From contig JAUPSS010000007.1 of NCBI GenBank assembly GCA_040285825.1, forward strand, positions 3,140,141-3,204,140: 64,000 nt of DNA, written 5' to 3'. Under the pieces are notes generated by a model. The model did no database searches. It saw only the letters and a list, made by a program, of their open reading frames with translations, and was not told the origin of the DNA. The DNA is from Eukaryota sp. TZLM1-RC. Its lineage: Eukaryota > Protista > Metamonada: BaSk clade. The stretch's first letter is position 1. Each line of letters starts with the position of its first letter. Made by a program: the position numbers and the translations under genes. Of the stretch, positions 1 to 13,426 are shown piece after piece.

Positions 1-3000
1 TTGAATGGTCATTGGTATGATTAGATGAGTTGCATGTAGTCTTTATGTACTAGATGTGATCAACTTGTGATCAAACTTTGTGTGAAATTGTGTGTTAGTA
101 ATGTTGGCTATGTGTTACTTGATCAGTACAAACTCATGATTACATTTTCAAATGATTTTTGTATATATTTGAATTAATTGAGTGTATTAATTTTTTTAAA
201 CATTAAATTGTAAAAAAAGTAAAAAAATCAAAAAAAGTATACAATTGAATGTTGTAAACTAATAAAACAATTGCTGTAAGTGTAAGAGTATCGTTTTTTT
301 GATACGATTTACTGAGAGCTCATATGAAGTTCCTAGTTTCGTATATTGACCAATGGTTGTTTATTACAATCATTGGTCAAATCTTACAAATCCATTTTGG
401 GACAATTAATATAACAATTGTGGTGTTAAAGTCCGTGCTATGGTCATTTGAGTAGTCATTGGTATGATTGGTTGAATGGTCATTGGTATGATTAGATGAG
501 TTGCATGTAGTCTTTATGTACTAGATGTGATCAACTTGTGATCAAACTTTGTGTGAAATTGTGTGTGAGTAATGTTGGCTATGTGTTACTTGATCAGTAC
601 AAACTCATGATTACATTTTTCAAATGATTTTGTATATATTTGAATTAATTGAGTGTATTAATTTTTTTAAACATTAAATTGTAAAAAAAGTAAAAAAATC
701 AAAAAGTATACAATTGAATGTTGTAAACTAATAAAACAATTGCTGTAAGTGTAAGAGTATCGTTTTTGATACGATTTACTGAGAGCTCATATGAAGTTCC
801 TAGTTTCGTATATTGACCAATGGTTGTTTATTACAATCATTGGTCAAATCTTTCAAAAGTCCATTTTGGGACAATTAATATAACAATTGTGGTGTTAAAG
901 TCCGTGCTATGGTCATTTGAGTAGTCATTGGTTTGATTGGTTGAATGGTCATTGGTATGATTAGATGAGTTGCATGTAGTCCTTATGTACTAGATGTGAT
1001 CAACTTGTGATCAAACTTTGTGTGAAATTGTGTGTGAGGTAATGTTGGCTATGTGTTGCTTGATCAGTACAAACTCATGATTACATTTTTCAAATGATTT
1101 TGTATATATTTGAATTAATTGAGTGTATTAATTTTTTTAAACATTAAATTGTAAAAAAAGTAAAAAAATCAAAAGTATACAGATTGAATGTTGTAAACTA
1201 ATAAAACAATTGCTGTAAGTGTAAGAGTATCGTTTTTTTGATACGATTTACTGAGAGCTCATATGAAGTTCCTAGTTTCGTATATTGACCAATGGTTGTT
1301 TATTACAATCATTGGTCAAATCTTAAAATCCATTTTGGGACAATTAATATAACAATTGTGGTGTTAAAGTCCGTGCTATGGTCATTTGAGTAGTCATTGG
1401 TATGATTGGTTGAATGGTCATTGGTATGATTAGATGAGTTGCATGTAGTCTTTATGTACTAGATGTGATCAACTTGTGATCAAACTTTGTGTGAAATTGT
1501 GTGTTAGTAATGTTGGCTATGTGTTACTTGATCAGTACAAACTCATGATTACATTTTCAAATGATTTTTGTATATATTTGAATTAATTGAGTGTATTAAT
1601 TTTTTTAAACATTAAATTGTAAAAAAAGTAAAAAAATCAAAAAAAGTATACAATTGAATGTTGTAAACTAATAAAACAATTGCTGTAAGTGTAAGAGTAT
1701 CGTTTTTTTGATACGATTTACTGAGAGCTCATATGAAGTTCCTAGTTTCGTATATTGACCAATGGTTGTTTATTACAATCATTGGTCAAATCTTTAAAAG
1801 TCCATTTTGGGACAATTAATATAACAATTGTGGTGTTAAAGTCCGTGCTATGGTCATTTGAGTAGTCATTGGTTTGATTGGTTGAATGGTCATTGGTGTG
1901 ATTTAGATTGAGTTGCATGTAGTCTTTATGTACTAGATGTGATCAACTTGTGATCAAACTTTGTGTGAAATTGTGTGTGAGTAATGTTGGCTATGTGTTA
2001 CTTGATCAGTACAAACTCATGATTACATTTTCAAATGATTTTTGTATATATTTGAATTAATTGAGTGTATTAATTTTTTTAAACATTAAATTGTAAAAAA
2101 AGTAAAAAAATCAAAAAAAGTATACAATTGAATGTTGTAAACTAATAAAAACAATTGCTGTAAGTGTAAGAGTATCGTTTTTGATACGATTTACTGAGGC
2201 TCATATGAAGTTCCTAGTTTCGTATATTGACCAATGGTTGTTTATTACAATCATTGGTCAAATCTTTAAAGTCCATTTTGGGACAATTAATATAACAATT
2301 GTGGTGTTAAAGTCCGTGCTATGGTCATTTGAGTAGTCATTGGTATGATTGGTTGAATGGTCATTGGTATGATTAGATGAGTTGCATGTAGTCCTTATGT
2401 ACTAGATGTGATCAACTTGTGATCAAACTTTGTGTGAAATTGTGTGTGAGTAATGTTGGCTATGTGTTACTTGATCAGTACAAACTCATGATTACATTTT
2501 CAAATGATTTTGTATATATTTGAATTAATTGAGTGTATTAATTTTTTTAAACATTAAATTGTAAAAAAAGTAAAAAAATCAAAAAAGTATACAATTGAAT
2601 GTTGTAAACTAATAAAAACAATTGCTGTAAGTGTAAGAGTATCGTTTTTTTGATACGATTTACTGAGGCTCATATGAAGTTCCTAGTTTCGTATATTGAC
2701 CAATGGTTGTTTATTACAATCATTGGTCAAATCTTTAAAGTCCATTTTGGGACAATTAATATAACAATTGTGGTGTTAAAGTCCGTGCTATGGTCATTTG
2801 AGTAGTCATTGGTATGATTGGTTGAATGGTCATTGGTATGATTAGGTGAGTTGCATGTAGTCTTTATGTACTAGATGTGATCAACTTGTGATCAAACTTT
2901 GTGTGAAATTGTGTGTGAGTAATGTTGGCTATGTGTTACTTGATCAGTACAAACTCATGATTACATTTTCAAATGATTTTGTATATATTTGAATTAATTG

Positions 3001-6000
3001 AGTGTATTAATTTTTTTAAACATTAAATTGTAAAAAAATAAAAAATGAAAAAGTATACAATTGAATGTTGTAAACTAATAAAACAATTGCTGTAAGTGTA
3101 AGAGTATCGTTTTTGATACGATTTACTGAGGCTCATATGAAGTTCCTAGTTTCGTATATTGACCAATGGTTGTTTATTACAATCATTGGTCAAATCTTTA
3201 AAGTCCATTTTGGGACAATTAATATAACAATTGTGGTGTTAAAGTCTGTGCTATGGTCATTTGAGTAGTCATTGGTATGATTGGTTGAATGGTCATTGGT
3301 ATGATTAGGTGAGTTGTATGTAGTCCTTATGTACTAGATGTGATCAACTTGTGATCAAACTTTGTGTGAAATTGTGTGTGAGTAATGTTGGCTATGTGTT
3401 ACTTGATCAGTACAAACTCATGATTACATTTTCAATTGATTTTGTATATATTTGAATTAATTGAGTTTATTAATTTTTTTAAACATTAAATTGTAAAAAA
3501 AATAAAAAAATGAAAAAGTATACAATTGAATGTTGTAAACTAATAAAACAATTGCTGTAAGTGTAAGAGTATCGTTTTTTTGATACGATTTACTGAGGCT
3601 CATATGAAGTTCCTAGTTTCGTATATTGACCAATGGTTGTTTATTACAATCATTGGTCAAATCTTTAAAAGTCCATTTTGGGACAATTAATATAACAATT
3701 GTGGTGTTAAAGTCTGTGCTATGGTCATTTGAGTAGTCATTGGTATGATTGGTTGAATGGTCATTGGTATGATTAGGTGAGTTGCATGTAGTCCTTATGT
3801 ACTAGATGTGACCAACTTGTGATCAAACTTTGTGTGAAATTGTGTGTGAGTAATGTTGGCTATGTGTTACTTGATCAGTACAAACTCATGATTACATTTT
3901 CAATTGATTTTGTATATATTTGAATTAATTGAGTTTATTAATTTTTTTAAACATTAAATTGTAAAAAAATAAAAAATGAAAAAGTATACAATTGAATGTT
4001 GTAAACTAATAAAAACAATTGCTGTAAGTGTAAGAGTATCGTTTTTTTGATACGATTTACTGAGGCTCATATGAAGTTCCTAGTTTCGTATATTGACCAA
4101 TGGTTGTTTATTACAATCATTGGTCAAATCTTTAAAAGTCCATTTTGGGACAATTAATATAACAATTGTGGTGTTAAAGTCTGTGCTATGGTCATTTGAG
4201 TAGTCATTGGTATGATTGGTTGAATGGTCATTGGTATGATTAGGTGAGTTGCATGTAGTCCTTATGTACTAGATGTGACCAACTTGTGATCAAACTTTGT
4301 GTGAAATTGTGTGTGAGTAATGTTGGCTATGTGTTACTTGATCAGTACAAACTCATGATTACATTTTCAATTGATTTTGTATATATTTGAATTAATTGAG
4401 TTTATTAATTTTTAAACATTAAATTGTAAAAAAAATAAAAAAATGAAAAAAAGTATACAATTGAATGTTGTAAACTAATAAAAACAATTGCTGTAAGTGT
4501 AAGAGTATCGTTTTTGATACGATTTACTGAGGCTCATATGAAGTTCCTAGTTTCGTATATTGACCAATGGTTGTTTATTACAATCATTGGTCAAATCTTT
4601 AAAGTCCATTTTGGGACAATTAATATAACAATTGTGGTGTTAAAGTCTGTGCTATGGTCATTTGAGTAGTCATTGGTATGATTGGTTGAATGGTCATTGG
4701 TATGATTAGGTGAGTTGTATGTAGTCCTTATGTACTAGATGTGACCAACTTGTGATCAAACTTTGTGTGAAATTGTGTGTGAGTAATGTTGGCTATGTGT
4801 TACTTGATCAGTACAAACTCATGATTACATTTTCAATTGATTTTGTATATATTTGAATTAATTGAGTTTATTAATTTTTAAACATTAAATTGTAAAAAAA
4901 TAAAAAAATGAAAAAAAGTATACAATTGAATGTTGTAAACTAATAAAAACAATTGCTGTAAGTGTAAGAGTATCGTTTTTGATACGATTTACTGAGGCTC
5001 ATATGAAGTTCCTAGTTTTCGTATATTGACCAATGGTTGTTTATTACAATCATTGGTCAAATCTTTAAAGTCCATTTTGGGACAATTAATATAACAATTG
5101 TGGTGTTAAAGTCTGTGCTATGGTCATTTGAGTAGTCATTGGTATGATTGGTTGAATGGTCATTGGTATGATTAGGTGAGTTGCATGTAGTCCTTTATGT
5201 ACTAGATGTGACCAACTTGTGATCAAACTTTGTGTGAAATTGTGTGTGAGTAATGTTGGCTATGTGTTACTTGATCAGTACAAACTCATGATTACATTTT
5301 CAATTGATTTTGTATATATTTGAATTAATTGAGTTTATTAATTTTTAAACATTAAATTGTAAAAAAAATAAAAAAATGAAAAAGTATACAATTGAATGTT
5401 GTAAACTAATAAAACAATTGCTGTAAGTGTAAGAGTATCGTTTTTGATACGATTTACTGAGGCTCATATGAAGTTCCTAGTTTCGTATATTGACCAATGG
5501 TTGTTTATTACAATCATTGGTCAAATCTTTAAAGTCCATTTTGGGACAATTAATATAACAATTGTGGTGTTAAAGTCTGTGCTATGGTCATTTGAGTAGT
5601 CATTGGTATGATTGGTTGAATGGTCATTGGTATGATTAGGTGAGTTGTATGTAGTCCTTATGTACTAGATGTGACCAACTTGTGATCAAACTTTGTGTGA
5701 AATTGTGTGTGAGTAATGTTGGCTATGTGTTACTTGATCAGTACAAACTCATGATTACATTTTCAATTGATTTTGTATATATTTGAATTAATTGAGTTTA
5801 TTAATTTTTAAACATTAAATTGTAAAAAAAATAAAAAAATGAAAAAAAGTATACAATTGAATGTTGTAAACTAATAAAACAATTGCTGTAAGTGTAAGAG
5901 TATCGTTTTTGATACGATTTACTGAGGCTCATATGAAGTTCCTAGTTTCGTATATTGACCAATGGTTGTTTATTACAATCATTGGTCAAATCTTTAAAGT

Positions 6001-9000
6001 CCATTTTGGGACAATTAATATAACAATTGTGGTGTTAAAGTCTGTGCTATGGTCATTTGAGTAGTCATTGGTATGATTGGTTGAATGGTCATTGGTATGA
6101 TTAGGTGAGTTGTATGTAGTCCTTATGTACTAGATGTGACCAACTTGTGATCAAACTTTGTGTGAAATTGTGTGTGAGTAATGTTGGCTATGTGTTACTT
6201 GATCAGTACAAACTCATGATTACATTTTCAATTGATTTTGTATATATTTGAATTAATTGAGTTTATTAATTTTTAAACATTAAATTGTAAAAAAAATAAA
6301 AAAATGAAAAAAAGTATACAATTGAATGTTGTAAACTAATAAAACAATTGCTGTAAGTGTAAGAGTATCGTTTTTGATACGATTTACTGAGGCTCATATG
6401 AAGTTCCTAGTTTCGTATATTGACCAATGGTTGTTTATTACAATCATTGGTCAAATCTTTAAAGTCCATTTTGGGACAATTAATATAACAATTGTGGTGT
6501 TAAAGTCTGTGCTATGGTCATTTGAGTAGTCATTGGTATGATTGGTTGAATGGTCATTGGTATGATTAGGTGAGTTGTATGTAGTCCTTTATGTACTAGA
6601 TGTGACCAACTTGTGATCAAACTTTGTGTGAAATTGTGTGTGAGTAATGTTGGCTATGTGTTACTTGATCAGTACAAACTCATGATTACATTTTCAATTG
6701 ATTTTGTATATATTTGAATTAATTGAGTGTATTAATTTTTAAACATTAAATTGTAAAAAAAATAAAAAATGAAAAAGTATACAATTGAATGTTGTAAACT
6801 AATAAAACAATTGCTGTAAGTGTAAGAGTATCGTTTTGATACGATTTACTGAGGCTCATATGAAGTTCCTAGTTTCGTATATTGACCAATGGTTGTTTAT
6901 TACAATCATTGGTCAAATCTTTAAAGTCCATTTTGGGACAATTAATATAACAATTGTGGTGTTAAAGTCCGTGCTATGGTCATTTGAGTAGTCATTGGTA
7001 TGATTGGTTGAATGGTCATTGGTATGATTAGGTGAGTTGCATGTAGTCCTTTATGTACTAGATGTGACCAACTTGTGATCAAACTTTGTGTGAAATTGTG
7101 TGTGAGTAATGTTGGCTATGTGTTACTTGATCAGTACAAACTCATGATTACATTTTCAATTGATTTTGTATATATTTGAATTAATTGAGTTTATTAATTT
7201 TTAAACATTAAATTGTAAAAAAATAAAAAAATGAAAAAAAGTATACAATTGAATGTTGTAAACTAATAAAACAATTGCTGTAAGTGTAAGAGTATCGTTT
7301 TTGATACGATTTACTGAGGCTCATATGAAGTTCCTAGTTTCGTATATTGACCAATGGTTGTTTATTACAATCATTGGTCAAATCTTTAAAGTCCATTTTG
7401 GGACAATTAATATAACAATTGTGGTGTTAAAGTCTGTGCTATGGTCATTTGAGTAGTCATTGGTATGATTGGTTGAATGGTCATTGGTATGATTAGGTGA
7501 GTTGTATGTAGTCCTTATGTACTAGATGTGACCAACTTGTGATCAAACTTTGTGTGAAATTGTGTGTGAGTAATGTTGGCTATGTGTTACTTGATCAGTA
7601 CAAACTCATGATTACATTTTCAATTGATTTTGTATATATTTGAATTAATTGAGTTTATTAATTTTTAAACATTAAATTGTAAAAAAAATAAAAAAATCGA
7701 AAAAGTATACAATTGAATGTTGTAAACTAATAAAACAATTGCTGTAAGTGTAAGAGTATCGTTTTTGATACGATTTACTGAGGCTCATATGAAGTTCCTA
7801 GTTTCGTATATTGACCAATGGTTGTTTATTACAATCATTGGTCAAATCTTTAAAGTCCATTTTGGGACAATTAATATAACAATTGTGGTGTTAAAGTCTG
7901 TGCTATGGTCATTTGAGTAGTCATTGGTATGATTGGTTGAATGGTCATTGGTATGATTAGGTGAGTTGTATGTAGTCCTTATGTACTAGATGTGATCAAC
8001 TTGTGATCAAACTTTGTGTGAAATTGTGTGTGAGTAATGTTGGCTATGTGTTACTTGATCAGTACAAACTCATGATTACATTTTCAATTGATTTTGTATA
8101 TATTTGAATTAATTGAGTTTATTAATTTTTAAACATTAAATTGTAAAAAAATAAAAAATGAAAAAGTATACAATTGAATGTTGTAAACTAATAAAACAAT
8201 TGCTGTAAGTGTAAGAGTATCGTTTTTGATACGATTTACTGAGGCTCATATGAAGTTCCTAGTTTCGTATATTGACCAATGGTTGTTTATTACAATCATT
8301 GGTCAAATCTTTAAAGTCCATTTTGGGACAATTAATATAACAATTGTGGTGTTAAAGTCCGTGCTATGGTCATTTGAGTAGTCATTGGTATGATTGGTTG
8401 AATGGTCATTGGTATGATTAGGTGAGTTGCATGTAGTCCTTATGTACTAGATGTGACCAACTTGTGATCAAACTTTGTGTGAAATTGTGTGTGAGTAATG
8501 TTGGCTATGTGTTACTTGATCAGTACAAACTCATGATTACATTTTCAATTGATTTTGTATATATTTGAATTAATTGAGTGTATTAATTTTTAAACATTAA
8601 ATTGTAAAAAAAGTAAAAAATCAAAAAGTATACAATTGAATGTTGTAAACTAATAAAACAATTGCTGTAAGTGTAAGAGTATCGTTTTTGATACGATTTA
8701 CTGAGGCTCATATGAAGTTCCTAGTTTCGTATATTGACCAATGGTTGTTTATTACAATCATTGGTCAAATCTTTAAAGTCCATTTTGGGACAATTAATAT
8801 AACAATTGTGGTGTTAAAGTCTGTGCTATGGTCATTTGAGTAGTCATTGGTATGATTGGTTGAATGGTCATTGGTATGATTAGGTGAGTTGTATGTAGTC
8901 CTTATGTACTAGATGTGACCAACTTGTGATCAAACTTTGTGTGAAATTGTGTGTGAGTAATGTTGGCTATGTGTTACTTGATCAGTACAAACTCATGATT

Positions 9001-9862
9001 ACATTTTCAATTGATTTTGTATATATTTGAATTAATTGAGTTTATTAATTTTTAAACATTAAATTGTAAAAAAAATAAAAAATGAAAAAGTATACAATTG
9101 AATGTTGTAAACTAATAAAACAATTGCTGTAAGTGTAAGAGTATCGTTTTTGATACGATTTACTGAGGCTCATATGAAGTTCCTAGTTTCGTATATTGAC
9201 CAATGGTTGTTTATTACAATCATTGGTCAAATCTTTAAAGTCCATTTTGGGACAATTAATATAACAATTGTGGTGTTAAAGTCTGTGCTATGGTCATTTG
9301 AGTAGTCATTGGTATGATTGGTTGAATGGTCATTGGTATGATTAGGTGAGTTGTATGTAGTCCTTATGTACTAGATGTGACCAACTTGTGATCAAACTTT
9401 GTGTGAAATTGTGTGTGAGTAATGTTGGCTATGTGTTACTTGATCAGTACAAACTCATGATTACATTTTCAATTGATTTTGTATATATTTGAATTAATTG
9501 AGTTTATTAATTTTTAAACATTAAATTGTAAAAAAATAAAAAATGAAAAAGTATACAATTGAATGTTGTAAACTAATAAAACAATTGCTGTAAGTGTAAG
9601 AGTATCGTTTTTGATACGATTTACTGAGGCTCATATGAAGTTCCTAGTTTCGTATATTGACCAATGGTTGTTTATTACAATCATTGGTCAAATCTTTAAA
9701 GTCCATTTTGGGACAATTAATATAACAATTGTGGTGTTAAAGTCTGTGCTATGGTCATTTGAGTAGTCATTGGTATGATTGGTTGAATGGTCATTGGTAT
9801 GATTAGGTGAGTTGTATGTAGTCCTTATGTACTAGATGTGACCAACTAGTGATCAAACTTTG
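1..9862 (+). repeat. Tandem satellite block 1, ~21 units of ~460-470 bp; unit = 28S rRNA 3' terminus plus putative 3' ETS/spacer
   Basis: The unit start TTGCTGTAAGTGTAAGAGTATCG recurs at 271, 740, 1210, 1680 and onward. The array stops mid-unit at ...GATCAAACTTTG (9862). Confidence 0.97.
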
Positions 9863-9957
9863 ACCCAAGCCAACGTTATGGTCTTGGGTTTGGGTATCAA
9901 CAGGGCCCTCTTGCAACTAATCCTGATTCAGATAATTTACATTCTGTTCCTTCTTCA

Positions 9958-12576
9958 ATGACTCCTGATAATGATACTATTTCTAATATGACTGACCCTT
10001 CCACACATTCTTTTGATTGTGATGACTCCACTCACCCTCCTACCACAGCTCACAATCTCGCTCTTTCTGAACGCCCCATGGAAACTATAGACAATGCTCC
10101 TGATTCTCCCGTCTGCATTGTACCTGAAGAAACAACTGCTTTGAATACAACTATGAATGCCGATACTAATGCTAGTCCTTTAAAGATTTACACAGATGGT
10201 TCTTTCCTGAAAACAAAGGGTAAATGTGGTTTTGCAGTCTATTATGTATATAATAGCGAAACATACTCATTTTATGGGCCTTTACATCAAAACACTCACA
10301 ATTATGGAGAGTTTGAAGCTGTAAGAGTTGCTCTCTGTTCACTACTTTTACTGGAAAATTGTCCCCAAGAAATTGTGATATATTCTGATTCTAATCTTTT
10401 GGTTCGCGCTTTAAACAAAAAGGCAGTTATAAGGCAAAAGAAGCTAAAGTATTTACTGAGCACCATTAAATCCTTGATGAGTGGGTGGAAGCTGAACAAA
10501 TTTACTTTTAATTTTGAAAAAATTGCTGCTCATGTAGGTCATCACGGGAATCAAATGGCGGACAAGCTGGCCAAACTGGGGGCAGAAGGAAACACAAGTG
10601 AAAACATGAAACTACTTACCCCCTCAAAGTTAAGCCAACAAAGACCACCCGAACCGATAGCCACTATGAAGCCCATGACCTTTCCACCAGTTGAAAACGT
10701 TACTGACAATTGTTGTAAAAATGTATGTCCATTTTGCGATGATAATTTTGAAAGATCACGGGACCTTTGCTCTCACCTCAAAGATAATCACCCCTCTCTC
10801 ACCCAAGATGAACTGTTACTTCATCAATTCTGTAAATGCCCATGCTGCCAACAGATATTTACAACAAGGGGATTTGATATTCATTGGAATTCCCAGCATC
10901 AAGGCCCCCAGGAACAACTGGTTCCAGAAATATCAAGTAACACAATGGTTGAGCTCACCCGACGTTTCGGATCGCTGAATTACACAAGGCTTAAAAGCAA
11001 AGTGTCTTGGAGATATGCCATTGATTATATCTCAAATAATGTTACAATTTCGCAAGAACAAAAGTGCCGTTATCTATTGCTGCTCCCACTAGTTTGCCTG
11101 AAGATCAACAACGGTTCTTGCATCGTAAATTTGATTCAATTCATGTCGAATATCCAATCGATTAACACAGGATCGGACTCATCACAAGTGATTGACTCCA
11201 TGCTTTCACATGTAGCTCCAAAGCATACCTTGAAAAACCCTGGTGGAATAAACAAGAAGAGAGTTCAAGAACTAATAAGGGACAATGAACTGTCGAGAGC
11301 CATGAATATGGTGACACGAACCAATGCACAATTATCTCTTAGCCAATCTGAAGTGAAAAAAGAACTTGATCGATTACATCCCAAAGATGATAACTTACAA
11401 AATTATGAGTCTCCACCTGAAGTTCTTACTAATTCCATGACATTGTCTGTTCAAGAAGTGGAGGACGCAATTTTAGAAATGCCAGCTTCAGAGGGTGGAG
11501 TATTTCACTGGCATGGTAAACTATTGAAAGAATGCCTGAATAACAATATAATAAGATGTATTCATTTTTTGGCCAACTCTTTCTATAATGGTACAGTAAG
11601 TGAATGCCTGAAATTTGCTGTGACCTCAAGCCGTTTAATCGCATTGCCAAAAACCAGTAACAAATTACGTCCCATCGCCATTGGAGAGCTTTTTTATAGA
11701 GTCATCGCCAGAATCATTCTGAACAAATGCAATACAGAGTATTTAAGTTCAAGCAACCAATTTGGAGTCAAAGTATCAGGCGGAGCCGAATGTATTATTC
11801 ACGCCATTAGACAAAACCTAGGATCCAAATTCGAAAGGTGTATCAAATTTGACATAGCAAATGCGTTCAATGAATTGAATCGAGGAAAATTGTTGAGCGC
11901 TTTAGAAAAATATTGCCCTCGTTTAGTGCCATTCTACAAGACTAGCTACTTGTCCCCATCAAGTCTGTTTTATGGAGAAGATGAAGTAATTTCTGAAAAA
12001 GGAGTCAAGCAAGGTGACCCACTTGGTCCTTTGTTATTTGCTACATCATTAGTTGAACCAATCAACATTCTTCAAACACTTTTTCCGGATTCTATATTTC
12101 TTGCTTATCTTGATGATATCTTTGTCCTCACAAATGTACAAAGTTCTCAGCAAATTATAGAAGAAATGACCGATTCGCTTCAATTGCTTGACCTCACTGT
12201 TAATACTAATAAGACATCCACGTTATCAAATGAAGACACTTTTACTGTGTTAGGTAGTTTTGTCGGTCCTGGAGCAGAAGAAATGCTGTACAATTCAAGC
12301 CCAAACGAATTTAGAAACTGCATAAACAACATCTCTGAACTAACTATCCAAAATCAACTACTATTGATAAGAACTTGCTTGAACACTCGACTCTCGTTTA
12401 CGGCTAGGACTCATAAACCGACAACGTCCACTAAAGCTCTCGCAGCATGCCACGATCTTTTAGTTGAATTCATTACGAACACTTTAGGTCAATTACCCAA
12501 ATACAAAGAACTAGTTTCATTTCCAGTAGCTAGTTTTTGGAGGCCTAGGGCTCAAAAATTACTGCGAAATTGCTGA
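9958..12576 (+). CDS. Retrotransposon polyprotein, N-terminal part: RNase HI, two C2H2 zinc fingers, reverse transcriptase
   Basis: RNase H motifs IYTDGS / NYGEFEA / IYSDS / AHVGHHGNQMADKLA (nt ~10180-10585). Zinc fingers CPFC..HLKDNH and CPCC..HWNSQH. RT motifs RPIAIGE, QFGV..GGAE, FDIANAFN, GVKQGDPLGPLLF, YLDD. The frame is open upstream to the satellite junction, so the true start may be missing. The stop at 12576 follows a frameshift in the T5 run at 12534-12538. Confidence 0.92.
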   Translation: MTPDNDTISNMTDPSTHSFDCDDSTHPPTTAHNLALSERPMETIDNAPDSPVCIVPEETTALNTTMNADTNASPLKIYTDGSFLKTKGKCGFAVYYVYNSETYSFYGPLHQNTHNYGEFEAVRVALCSLLLLENCPQEIVIYSDSNLLVRALNKKAVIRQKKLKYLLSTIKSLMSGWKLNKFTFNFEKIAAHVGHHGNQMADKLAKLGAEGNTSENMKLLTPSKLSQQRPPEPIATMKPMTFPPVENVTDNCCKNVCPFCDDNFERSRDLCSHLKDNHPSLTQDELLLHQFCKCPCCQQIFTTRGFDIHWNSQHQGPQEQLVPEISSNTMVELTRRFGSLNYTRLKSKVSWRYAIDYISNNVTISQEQKCRYLLLLPLVCLKINNGSCIVNLIQFMSNIQSINTGSDSSQVIDSMLSHVAPKHTLKNPGGINKKRVQELIRDNELSRAMNMVTRTNAQLSLSQSEVKKELDRLHPKDDNLQNYESPPEVLTNSMTLSVQEVEDAILEMPASEGGVFHWHGKLLKECLNNNIIRCIHFLANSFYNGTVSECLKFAVTSSRLIALPKTSNKLRPIAIGELFYRVIARIILNKCNTEYLSSSNQFGVKVSGGAECIIHAIRQNLGSKFERCIKFDIANAFNELNRGKLLSALEKYCPRLVPFYKTSYLSPSSLFYGEDEVISEKGVKQGDPLGPLLFATSLVEPINILQTLFPDSIFLAYLDDIFVLTNVQSSQQIIEEMTDSLQLLDLTVNTNKTSTLSNEDTFTVLGSFVGPGAEEMLYNSSPNEFRNCINNISELTIQNQLLLIRTCLNTRLSFTARTHKPTTSTKALAACHDLLVEFITNTLGQLPKYKELVSFPVASFWRPRAQKLLRNC

Positions 12577-13426
12577 TTTATGTTATCACGCCTCTGTAGC
12601 ATCAGCAAACATAACCATGAATTCCATGAAATTGGACAAGTTGTTGGACCAATATGACGTACTGTTATCCACAACTTTTGTCAAAACAGAAATTTCTGAG
12701 TTCAATAACGGCAAGAGACTTCAATCCCTTCTCACAAACCAATTTTACAAGAAGGCACAAAAGGAGTTTCTTGTCCAACTAAGGACCCCAGACACGCATA
12801 GTGAGATTTCCTCAACAACAAAAAGTTAACGATTACACCCTCAATTGTAAACCCCTAGCAGGAACTATACTGACTTCATTACCTGTAACAGCAGACTTTA
12901 CTTTGCCAGATCATCTAATGAGATATATACTGAAATGCCGACTTTTGATGCACAGACATCAAACACACCATTGTGCATTATGTGGTCACTGTGCAGACTC
13001 CTTATACCATTCAGCCAACTGTGAGCAATTTTCTAGAATGAGGATTGACAAACATGATTCTATTCTCAAAACAATTGCTGAGAAAACAGGTCTTCAAACA
13101 GAACAAAAGCTTTTTACAGGAAGAATTGATTTGCTAAATACAAACGAAACTCATGGTTACGATTTAACAATGGTAGGTGGGTACCACTCGTGCATTGAAG
13201 AAGCCATCGGAAGAAGCAAGAATGAGAAGATAGAGAAATACAGTGGATGGGTGGACAATGTTACTCCTTTGGTTTTTATCCATCTGGTGGACTAGACGCT
13301 TCATTCATTCAATTTCTAAGAAAATACGAACTTAAAAATCTGGGTAAATGGGTTGCAATGGAAATAATCAGAAAGGGATATATGATGAACTGTGTTTACC
13401 ATCGAATGCTCACCCAGATAGTATAA
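12539..13426 (+). CDS. Frameshifted C-terminal continuation of the same polyprotein: RT thumb, CCHC knuckle, restriction-like endonuclease
   Basis: From 12539 the shifted frame reads GGLGLKNY.. and is in frame with ORF 12617-12829. ORF 12801-13295 has CALCGHCADSLYHSANC, RIDKHD, GRIDLL, YDLTMV and K..KY. One extra T in the run at 13273-13277 gives PLVFYPSGGLD...QIV* ending at 13426. Confidence 0.8.

Noticed and set aside
9884-9896. TTGGGTTTGGGT as a telomeric repeat
   Set aside because: Only two copies, and they lie in the open frame (LGFG) and the hairpin.
10302-11650. Small overlapping ORFs in the element, and likewise within CFAP44 (51298-53176)
   Set aside because: Alternate-frame or antisense shadows of long coding regions, with no motifs.
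9958-12576. LTR retrotransposon, retron, DGR or group II intron RT
   Set aside because: No protease, integrase or LTRs. The CCHC and RLE C-terminus and the RT motifs indicate a non-LTR element.
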